From Zygnema circumcarinatum SAG 698-1b (lineage: Eukaryota; Plantae; Zygnematophyceae): a stretch of 64,000 bases of DNA. The stretch is taken from positions 1,759,492 through 1,823,491 of the forward strand of contig CM074822.1 of assembly GCA_037447605.1 (NCBI GenBank), in the 5' to 3' direction. This document shows positions 24,667 to 35,377 of this stretch, piece by piece. The notes below the pieces were generated by a model that had not been told where the DNA came from, made no database searches, and saw nothing but the letters and a program-made list of their open reading frames with translations. Within the stretch, counting starts at the first letter, position 1; every line of letters starts with the position of its first letter. The translations under genes were made by a program, and so were the position numbers.

Positions 24667-26264
24667 CCAGCATTTGGCTGATTGGGGGTTTCAGACTTGA
24701 AAAGGCCAATATGGAATTGATCAGTACTTTGTATTTCGCTGTTACTACTAATCCAGCGGGAAGGCGTTCACTGATTTCAAACTTTATAAATGTGAAACTT
24801 TTCTAGGTCTGAAACCCCTAATTTTGCAAGGTTTCCATTGGCAATGCCGTGGTCTTTCCATGGACTCCCTTTTTTTTTTCTTTACTAGACCACGCTTGTC
24901 AGCAGGTGGGTAGGACTTTGGGCAGCCAATTGCGAGGCGAGGTATGGCGGGCTGAAGCTTAGCCTTTCACCAATTTTTTGTTCGTTTCGTCCAGGTTCGA
25001 TTGTCATGACAAACTGGTAGAAAGACATGATGTCATGTCGTTTCAGTTTTGTCCAAGTAGTGCGTGTTCCATGCTTGCGCTCAGCCTTACTGCGAGAGCA
25101 GTGCCAAGCAGGTCGTCTCGTGCTCCTTGAATCGATTCGGTCACACCTCATTCCCATACATCACTTCATTTCCTTTGTACATGAATGCAGTGACAAGAGA
25201 GACAATTGCAGTGGGTGGTGAAGTGAAATTTGTTTCTGTATCGTTTCAGTATTGCCTTCTGCAGTTGCTCCTGGGGCAGATATGTACCTTATCTTTAAGG
25301 GGCATATTCCCTGGAGGTATTCATTCGCATGCAACAAAATTTGTGAAGCAGGGGTTAAAGCAGATTTTTTTTCGAAAGTATTTGCATCAGCTTTTGTGAA
25401 CCAGCTCGTGAAAGTTTCACGCCTCATCAACCACGGTAGATTGTCAAACAATCACATGAATCTCTCATTGCTTGAAGGAACCCGTTATCAGCGAAGAGCA
25501 CCGAAGGTTCTGAACTGAATGCAAGGACCAACCGGATCATTCCATGCAAACCCAGATCCCAGCCATGTTCAACAACACAGTGGTGCCATACTCAGATTCC
25601 TGCCGTTGAGGACAACAACGACAACGACAACGAAGACACAAAGATCAACAGCAACAACAGAAACAAGAACAACAACAACGCCATTATCTGCCAACAACAC
25701 CTCACCGACTTAGTCAACAACTCATCTGATAAGTCCAAACGCATGAAGCAGTAGTTCCGCAGCTCATTTCTCAGCTCATTGCCAGGCACGAAATGCCTAG
25801 GTAAGAGACTGTCAGTTAAGAAGACGCGCCAGAAGTGCCGTTTCTCAAATTTCTGGAATAGGGACTCCGCCTGTACCGGAATTGTGCCTGCCGGACAAAA
25901 CCTCCGAGGAGACTCTCAATAGTCGCTATCTTTCCTACTCTCACGTGCCCATTCACTTCTCCAGATCAACAAAACGGGCGAAAAAAAAAGTGTTTGGAGC
26001 CAAAACGTGGCAATCTAGCTGTCACGATACTCCTGCCTACAGTAGACCGTTGTACATTGTCAATACTGTTTGACAACTCCAACCAGACCAGTTACAGGGT
26101 AACAGGGTAACACCTTCAGCTCAACAGCACCTGCCACTTCTTAACAGATATGAGCCGTCTTGTCACAGTTTTACCCCAGGCCTTCCCTCTTAACTACAAC
26201 TTAGGCCCCCCTTCCCCTTCCCCGGCCACACACTCCCCACATCCCTCTCCCAAAAATACATTAT

Positions 26265-29200
26265 CTAGTTCGTTGCCCCTTGCGCCTCCTCTTCTCCACT
26301 CCCTCCAATGTCGTCCCTTGCAGCACCTTCAGCTCTGTCTTCACTTTCCTTAGTAACCATCCTCAAGCCATCCCCTGCCTCCTTTCCGTCTCCCGCTTTG
26401 GTAAGACTGGAGACACCCGAACCATTGCCCTCCTCTCCATCTCTGGATGCTGTAGCTGCCGCTTCAATATTGCCACGCATTTCCTGAAGAGTTTTGAGAG
26501 CAGCAAGCGTACTACGATAAATGCAGGCTACGTCTTCTCCCCTTGGCAGCGCTACTCGTAACTCCTCGTCATCTGATGCTTGCCTCACAGCCGGTGAACT
26601 GTTTCCGCAGTCCTCTACCGCTCTTCCCTGTAAGGTCATGGCCACAGCAGTCAATGAGTGAAAGTCAACATGGGTTGGGGTCACGGTAACCTGTATTACT
26701 GCTGGGAATTGATGGTGTACACTGACACAAAAGCATAGACAGTGTACAACGGTTCTACTGTTGGCAGGAGTACAGCAAGACAGTAGACGATAGTTCATAT
26801 AACTTCGAAATAGAGTGCTTCAGCTCCATGATTGGTGGACTTGTGCAAGCGTTACACCATGGTAAGTGTTACCACTATGACTTGTAACAGGCTGAAGGCT
26901 GCCTACCAAGGGCAACAATTACATATCCTTCAATAATGACACTTACTTTTACTGCAAAGTCCTCCATCTCTCATGGTCCCCTCTTCCCCATTCAGCAAAC
27001 CTAGTACATTACTATTGCCGTAACCTGATAAAAAAGAAAGAGAATCTATGCCCAAAATGCTGGGGCAAAAACGTGACTATAACAACTCCACTCTGCGGAT
27101 GAACGGTGTATGCGAAGAAAACACAAATCGTTCAACTTCCTGATAACTACGGGACAAGAGAGAGATAGAGGAGCAAATGCACGGCGAGGAGGAGAGCGAA
27201 AGGAAAGGAAGAAGAAGATTTCGCCTACCGCATCTCCTTCATTTCCTGTCTCTCCATTGTCGCCGCAGCTCCCTCTTTGGGCCTCTTCCGCTGAACCCTC
27301 TCCCTCCCCCTCCAAGGCGGGAGGGAATACGAGCTGTAGCTTCTCTTCGCATTCACGAACAAGCTTGCCAAGAAGTTCCGTTGTATAGAAAGGCTGGTGA
27401 AGCACAGTTTGAATGAAAGGAAGGCGCAGAACAGTTCCCATGCGCTTGTCGTGTTTCTTTAGAATCTTGACAATACCTGGAAAGGAAGGAAAAAGGAGAT
27501 GTACAATCACTACATTCAGTGGACATTTACCAAAAATGGTACTCCACTAACACAAATGTGCCATCTAAAAACGCTGAACTGCCGATATATTTATTCCATT
27601 CGTACACTTAGTCGTAAGCACCCAAGTTTCAATTATTCTATGCAATTACACATGCATTGTCATAAATAACTAACTTCTCATACGCGCCCTGATGCCATGT
27701 AGAAAGTCTGCGGGCTAAAAGGCTTTGACATAACAAGCATTTTGAAGGTGAGGTTGATCCTCCAATATGGTCAAGCTGCAGTCAACTGTTCGCTTGCATT
27801 GTAAACAGACACAGAGCCTCCTCATTTTGAAATCCCATCTTTCATTTGCGTACAAAAAGCGAAGTCCAGATTGACTGAAAACAGTATGAGAGAACTCCGT
27901 TCTGGAAGATACGGAAAAAGCTTTCAGCCGATTGAGAAAGTCCTTACCCATGTAGTTAACCGAGCTGTAATTCTCCAACAGAACCATCTCTCCATGGAAC
28001 GCCACAATCTCTCGTCTGATTGCCATCACCTCCTCCGTACACTCCGTTCCGCGGAAGACGAGCCGCCCTCCACTCTCTATGCAGACTGCATCAATTTTCT
28101 CCTTCAATTCCTGTACAGTTCAAAGGAGATATCGGGCTTTCAGGTCTTGTAATCTCTAAGTAATACATAACTTTAGATGAGCCTCTCTTCAAAAGACAAG
28201 AATCTCAGCAGTTTAAACATGCCTGAATTGCTTGTTAAATTGGTCTGAGAAGGGCCAGGACCAAATTTGCATCAGTCAGAAGATGAGATAGGCGATTGAT
28301 TTCTCACGATTACAGTGAGATTACAGACTTCTTTGAACCGAGCCCAAAAAATGGTTGCGAATTACAAACATTGCAGACGACTAAAGAGAGTCGAAAACAA
28401 TGCAAATGTCCTGAATCTTCATTACAGCCGCACTACATTGTGAGGCCAACAGGCTTGAACCGAAGGATTTCTACATAGAAGCTACCAATAGCAGGTAGCA
28501 GGGTGTAGAACCGAAAGCAGAACGTAATGAAATGAACGAATGTCATGTTCAGGAGAAACATATGTTAAAATGTGTACTACTTAACCAGTCGATTTCCTAT
28601 GTAAGCAGTAGCCCGAAAAGGAAACCGGAAGAGCGAGCAAGTTGTAAGGACTCAAACGCTTACTCTTTTTCCTTGAGAGCGCATGAAAACTTAATATGCA
28701 GACCACAAACAATTCGTGCAACCAGAAATCTCCCTCTCCCTCCCCCTCCCTCTCTCCCCCTCCCTCTCTCCCCCTCTCCCTCCCTCTCTTTCGCCCTTCC
28801 AGTAAACAATGACACGTGAGGATACAAACAGAAGGGACGAGTATAGATGAGTGGAGAGAGGGGAAACAGGGGAGGATCAATAATATGAAGCGTGAGCTAC
28901 ACCAGAGGTGAAGGACAGGAAACGTTTCCACTACAAGTAGACGAGCACGAGCTGCAGTCTTCCACAGGCGGGAAAAAAACATGGAATATAAGTTTGTCGA
29001 TAGACAACCCTTTCTCCTGGTGCTCACTGCAGGACCCAACTATTCGGCGCTGCAGTATGATCCTAAGGATAGAGGAAACGGATATCAGGACATCGGTGCC
29101 TCACCTGCAGCCGAATGACATATTCCTCCTCCTTCTCGATGAAAAACGAGTTAAACTTCTCCAATTCCCCATTCAGTAAGAGGATAAACTCCTCCTCCTC

Positions 29201-29857
29201 CTTTGTTATGGGACGTCCCGGCGTGTCTTTCAGAGAAAACCTGAACTCCCCAGGATATCTACCCGCAGCCATCCTCAATTGCAAATGTGAGCCCTCCTCA
29301 ATCATTCCTCCTGGACTCGATGCCTGCGGAGCGACCCTTAAGCCCGAAACAAAAACACCCTCTTGCACTACTCCATCGTCTCCGCTGTTGGACTCATCCT
29401 CGTTCAGACCTGCAATGGCAGCTGCCTCCGGCTTCAGATGCCGCCTCTCCGCACCTTCTCTAGAGCCTTCATCTCTAAAACCAATCTCTACAGACGCGAG
29501 CCTTCCATGGCTGTCTTCTGCTGAAAAACCCTCGTCTCTCACAGCTTCATCGGAGCCCTTTCGAAGCAGCGCATGCGGAAGCCCTAACCCTAAATTTTCT
29601 GCTTCTCCAGAAGAGACTGCGCCTGCATCTGCGGGAGCCATGGCGCCTGCAGAGTCGGCCCAGGCGCCAGCTGGCGCTGCAGCAAAGCTGGAATCTTCCT
29701 CGGGATTTTGGGATGTTTCACATGCCGCTTCTGTGAAGCATTCAGGAGCCGCGAGGGACTTGAGACGCTTCTTCAGCTCCTTGTATGAGAGGAACTGATT
29801 CCGCCATTCTGGCAAGGTTTCCTCAATCTGCATGCGCAGCCTCTTGCCGAACTTCAT
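26265..29857 (-). CDS. SPX: SPX-domain phosphate-signalling protein (SPX1-4 class), 4 exons
   Basis: Exons 29857-29105, 28110-27948, 27476-27229, 26627-26265; [92 protein letters not shown]. Confidence 0.95.
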
Positions 29858-30318
29858 CGTGCTCCCTACCAGTCTCCCTCTCAACCTCTCTCTCTCTCTC
29901 TCTCGCTCTCCCTCTCTCTCTCTCTTCTCACTGTCTCTTCTCTCTTCTCTCTTCTCTCCTCTCTTTTCTCTCTCTCTCTCTCTCTCCCTCTTTCTTCTAT
30001 CTCTCTTCTCTCCCCTCTCCCCTCTCTCTCTCTCCCCCTCAACGACTTCACACAACCTCAAGATATTATTACCCTTATTATTCCTCCAGCAGCAGGCCTC
30101 CGCACTTTTTGCGCCTCCTCCGATCTTGCCCTAACTCCAGGAGCAGCAGCGAGATATTATGCGGTCTCCGTTGCGTGGCCCACCAACCCCTCCAAGATTG
30201 CCTGCCTGCCCCTGTCCCTGCCGGCCCGCCCCTGCCCCAGCATCTCCCTATGGCCGCCCGCCATGGATCCCCCTCTCAAAGGGAATCTGCCGCTGCCCTT
30301 CTGCAAGGGGGGCCCAGG

Positions 30319-30326
30319 GAATATGC
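30319..30326. promoter_or_regulatory. P1BS (PHR1-type site, GNATATNC) upstream of SPX
   Basis: GAATATGC about 460 bp upstream of the SPX ATG; the motif also occurs by chance elsewhere in the window. Confidence 0.5.
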
Positions 30327-31670
30327 GGCTCCAGGTGCCACTTCTATGCGCCTTTCCAAGCCACGATTACAGTTAGGGGGTCGCATTAAGCGCTTCTATG
30401 TTCTTTTCCATGTCACAGTTCCAGTGAAGGCTTGCAGTTTGAGACTGGAAGAAAGATGCGGTATGGAATTTTGTTTGAAGTGAGTATTTCGGAGTTTGGA
30501 ATTAATATTAGTTTCTGGGGCGACAGGTGTACTAACTATTTGAATTTTGACATTGTGAAATTTGAGGGCCACTACGAGGGATGTTTTCAAACATTTATAA
30601 ATACAAATCAGTATATTTTCTCACCACATACAACTATCAATCCATAATGGAAATAAATTGCAAAGTACGTATTTCAAAATAAATCCCGTCATTTAATTTG
30701 TACTGTCTGAACCTCCCTATGGGCGGAAATCCGTCGAGGGGTACTCCGTCACACCGAAAGTCTACCAATTCACATCCCGCCACGTGGCAACATTTTTTAC
30801 ATATGATTGGTCAATATGCCACTCTAAGATCTCCACGTCGGACCAGCGTGACACATTCTCATTGGTTCACGAAAAAGAAGCTACCTCCGTGATTCCCTCT
30901 GGCGCACCCACCCAATAAAAACATGCCACGTCACCACAACTGCGCACGTGACGATCTATGGTTGGAGGTACTTGACTTATCGTTCACAACGGGAAACTGT
31001 GTGAAGGCTTTCTGTGCGTGAACAAGATTGCATAACATAGAATGGATGGAACTTTTGTCGGCGGGGAGCCAGCGAATGGCCGCCAACGATCCACGAGGCC
31101 CACGGTCCTCCTCTTCCCCCTTTTTTTTGGCTTTTTTTTTTTTCCCCAGACCGTAAGTGCCACGTAGGCCGCGAAACACGGGGAGGCACGTGATCAAAGA
31201 GGCAAGTCCGTATAGATAGTACGAGCAGAGTGTACGGACAGTACGGAGATCCCTGACACGGCGATTCGACCTGGCGGCTGGCGTGCTGGAAGGCGCTGCG
31301 GTCCAAAATGAACCGTACGAAAAAATTCATACCGTACGGTAATCCCTAGATATCGGAAAATGGTTAGCGGCACAGCGAAGAAACGCCACAGCCCAGTAAT
31401 GGGGCTGCCTCGTGGCAAGAACGTACGGCAGAGGCAAGTCGTACAATACGGCTTATTTGTCGTTTGCGATAAGGTCTGGGCATATCGGAAAATCGCTGAC
31501 GTATCGGCTGTGGCCGACATAATACGCCGACGGTTATTTTACCGTACTTTAGTCGACTGAATTTTGGTCATGATTTGACCAAACGGAGCTCCGGACAGCA
31601 CGTTTGGAGTAAGGCCTTTCACTCCACTACCCATAGCATGCATGCATGCATGCTTCGTATGACAGATCAA

Positions 31671-31674
<4 letters not shown>

Positions 31675-31737
<63 letters not shown>
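31675..31737. repeat. (CT)n microsatellite
   Basis: About 30 CT units. Confidence 0.95.
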
Positions 31738-31740
<3 letters not shown>

Positions 31741-32127
31741 GCAAAGAGCAAGTGAGAATTCTAAGGCAAATTCAAAGCAAATTCGCATTCTTTGATATGA
31801 CTAATATCTCCAACGATTCTTCAATTCCTACAGCAAACATGAAAAGTTTAAGAAAGCAAAACGAACCTAATCGTACTCTCAGCCATCGCAGCAGCTAACG
31901 ACTGCATCCGTTAGAGGCACCGAGCGCTGCACTCACTACACCTGACAAACATGAGGACCAGCCTCTCTCTACCTTTGGGCAAAAGAAAGAACAACAACTC
32001 AAAATTTGCTGAGCAAGCACGTCGGTGGAGCTCCAACCGTCGCCTAATCTCTGAAGGTCCACCACTTGCCCTCCCTATAGTGCACGCGCGCATGCACTAG
32101 AGAACACTCTCTTTCCGCAGCCGACGA

Positions 32128-34083
32128 TCAATCATCATCCTTATACTCTCTGCAGAGATGCCAAGAAAATCATCATCAGTATCGACCAATGCATCATCAA
32201 TAAGGACTAGCCTTGTCCAAGATACTCTCTCCACATCATATTTTCTACAGAGAAAAGATAGGAGCATCAGTATGTGCATACATCAGTAAGAAACCATTCG
32301 GGAGTAGAGCCACACCTGCGGTCCAAGTACCGGGGCTGAATTCCGGAGCCCTGGCAGGTAGTGCAGGTTATGCTGCCGCTGCCATCACAGTTGATACATT
32401 TGGAAATCTCCCTCTCACCTCCACCCAGCTCCACTGTGATGTTCCCGTTTCCGAGGCAAAATCGACAGGTCTCTGCAGGCAAAGTCACTCCTCCCGTGAT
32501 CAGAACAAGGGTTTAATCCAGTTTTGAAGCAGGAGGGAGCTGCCTCTAAGTGCAAAACCACTGTATTTCCCTGTTGGTTGTTTTCATTTGTGGTACTCTA
32601 TCTGATACCCCCGGGGGAAAAAAAACTGCAGAAGTGACTATGAGCTTCAGCCAGAATGCGGTTACTTGCTGTTTCAACAATAGAACGACAATAGTTCACA
32701 GACAGGAAGAGGGCAAACGTAAGTCAAAATATAAGGGTACTGTAACTCTTGCAGAATAGGTTGCAGATAACAGAGTATGATGATCTTACGTGCGCCTGTC
32801 CCCTTGCATGGAAAGCATGGCTGATCATTCTCCCGAGTCTCCTGCACTTACAGCACCCTTCTGCTCATGTCTGAGACATGGAAAAACGACAAGGCACAGT
32901 AAACCTAAACCAGCTCCCCTTTGAAGGGAGCCAGAGAAAGGAACCCAGGTAAGGTGTAAGCCTCACAAAACTGAAGTGTAAAAGATGCCGGCGAAGATAA
33001 TGCTCGGAAGCAAAACTTCAGTTCATCAGCGGCCCAAGCTTTGATGACCCTTTTTGTCAAAAAGAGCCCATTTGAACAAGAATTTCAGGGCATCCAGATA
33101 TACCATTGCCCTAGCAGTAACAGTTCCTTCTTCTCTATCACTATCGAATGACAAGTACTGATGATGTGTAACGACCTCACATGCCTCACGTTCCGTGAAA
33201 GAGTTGCACGAAAGCAGCTGAGGATGTCCATACTCAAGTTGTAGATTGAAATTGCTCTGCTAGTGGGTCAAGCTTAGCCTTGTGTATCCTTGCACGGATG
33301 TGATATCAATAATCATAGGCATTTATGCTGAAGCCATGAATGCAGAAAACGAAACATACGTTCGAGAGTTTTCTCCTACAAAATGAAGCAATATAGAATG
33401 TACATGGTCCGACGAGTCACGAATACAGGCAAAAGGGCTCTCGAGTACCGAGACTTTACCGCATTTTTCGTTTGCACTTCGTAGAAGACAGGCACTGCAA
33501 TCCCAAGCGCAACACCAGCGAGAGCGACGCCGACCGCTACAAGCTGCATTCACGAAGAGTTTGAAATAAAGATACCGAATCGGTTAGTGCCATAGAGGGC
33601 AACGTCTCTTGAACTGTCCATGCTAAACCGAACCATCAGAGAGAACGTGAGTAGAGAAAACATTTGCAGAACGACCATCACATTCTGACTGTAGCAGACT
33701 CCTATTTCCACCCCATGTTGCCATTATATTATTCTGCTCGCAAGAGTCAGTAAATGCGTTGCACATTTTCCTGCATTGCAAGAAACATGGAGAGAGTGGG
33801 GGGAGGGGGTCGAAAGAGCGCAGACAGATAGAGTGTGTGAGAGAGAGGGATTACTTACAGTATCAGAGTCCAAATCCACAGCTCTCGGGCAGACCACTCT
33901 CTGCCTCGCCTGCTGTCTCTGTCGCAACAACTTACATACTGAGCGCGTAGTGGCCTCCTTCCGCAGACCCTGAAAGCGCGAAAGAGCAGCAGCAGACGTC
34001 GAAGTCTTCCGGCACCCAAAAACCTCCCCGAGACATGCGCTGGGCGGAGCGCCTGCCCCCAAAATTAGGGTTTTCGCAGCCAT
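32128..34083 (-). CDS. LQY1: Thylakoid DnaJ-type zinc-finger protein/disulfide isomerase LQY1 (5 exons)
   Basis: Exons 34083-33859, 33543-33460, 32841-32790, 32472-32316, 32149-32128; transit peptide, TM segment, VPVFYE, four CxxCxGxG motifs, C-terminus QPRYLDRREYKDDD. Confidence 0.93.
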
Positions 34084-34569
34084 GGCTCCCACCCTCTGCC
34101 AGCCTCCCCGAGGAGACACTCTGGAGGCGAGAGGGGACGGGGGCTTCAGATTGAGCGCAACTGTGGCAGTAATGGCCCAATCAGGGCGTGCCACGTCAAC
34201 ATAAACTGACACGTGAAACCTCGCCATTGGCTTCTCGGGGTTCTGGAGCCACGTGGCACTTCAGGCGTCACGGAAGGCCGGTCTAGCTCGGAATGTAACC
34301 CCCTCCCTCCTGCCCTGCAGGGTAGGAATGGATATTAGAATTCCAATCCAAAATTCTAAAAGTCAGGCCGTTTTATAAAACACTTTTAAAACGGCTGTAC
34401 TGTACAGTCATCCGGATGGACGATAGTACGGCAGAGGCCCAGCGGCCAGTGTCAATTCGCCGACCGTACGTACGCACACGCAGTTCAATTCCAATGGTCG
34501 TACGGTTGTTCTAAAAGTGTTCTAAGACCAAACGAAACTGATTGCCGAACTGAAACTGGAACAATGTTC

Positions 34570-34766
34570 CACAGATCGGACCATTAGACAAACCATTCGA
34601 CTGGTTGCCAACCAGTGGATGCCACTGGTTCGCAACCAGTCGACTGGTTGCCAATCAGTGGCATCCACTGGTTCCAAACCAGTCGACTGGTTGCCGACCA
34701 GTAGACGTCCAACCATTGCCATCCAATGGTTGTCCAATGGTTGCCGATCCACTGGTCCGAACTGTG
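34570..34766. mobile_element. 197-bp non-autonomous MITE, hAT-like
   Basis: TIRs CACAGATCGGACCA / TGGTCCGAACTGTG (1 mismatch); 8-bp TSD CAATGTTC at 34562-34569 and 34767-34774; internal palindromes. Confidence 0.85.
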
Positions 34767-35377
34767 CAATGTTCTGAAACAATGAAAGTTTGCGTTACCT
34801 CTGAAACTTTTAGATTGTTATTCTAAAATCTAAAACTGCAAAAGTCCCTTTTACGGATTTTTTGCGATCCCTACTGTACTGTAGAGCAAGGGACGCAGGT
34901 TGTGATCCGTTTATCGTATCGAGATACTTCATATCGAAATGTCGTATTCGTATCGGAAACCATTGGCAATTTCAGCAACTATGAAAGCCGGAGGCCACGA
35001 ATTGGGGCTTATCGTAGGCCTACTATTTTACCGTACGCTATTGGGAGAGGGGAACACGGAAGTAATTTGTTTCGCAGAATTAAAAAATTCGAGAGCCGGG
35101 GCTGAAGTGAAGGCCAGGCCCTGCGAAGGGAGGCCTTGGACCCTCCCTGCCTTGCTCTTGCGCTCTCCCAGTTGGCAGAAAGAGGGGGGAAAACAGGGGA
35201 GGAAGTGAGAAGGAGAGGGCAGAATACATTCATAGATAACGCACTTCTCATTCGCATCTTGTTTGTGGCTACTATCGTTGCGTTGCTTCATCTGAAAGAA
35301 GAAAGAAAGAGGGAGGTAGAGGTAGAGGGAGTCTTTGTGGATTGATCAGATAGTTGATCAGGCAGCAGTAGCTCGTC

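Noticed and set aside
25570-25810. Asn/Thr-rich ORFs between ABCC and SPX
   Set aside because: Driven by an (ACA)n tract in probable 3'UTR; no coherent gene model.
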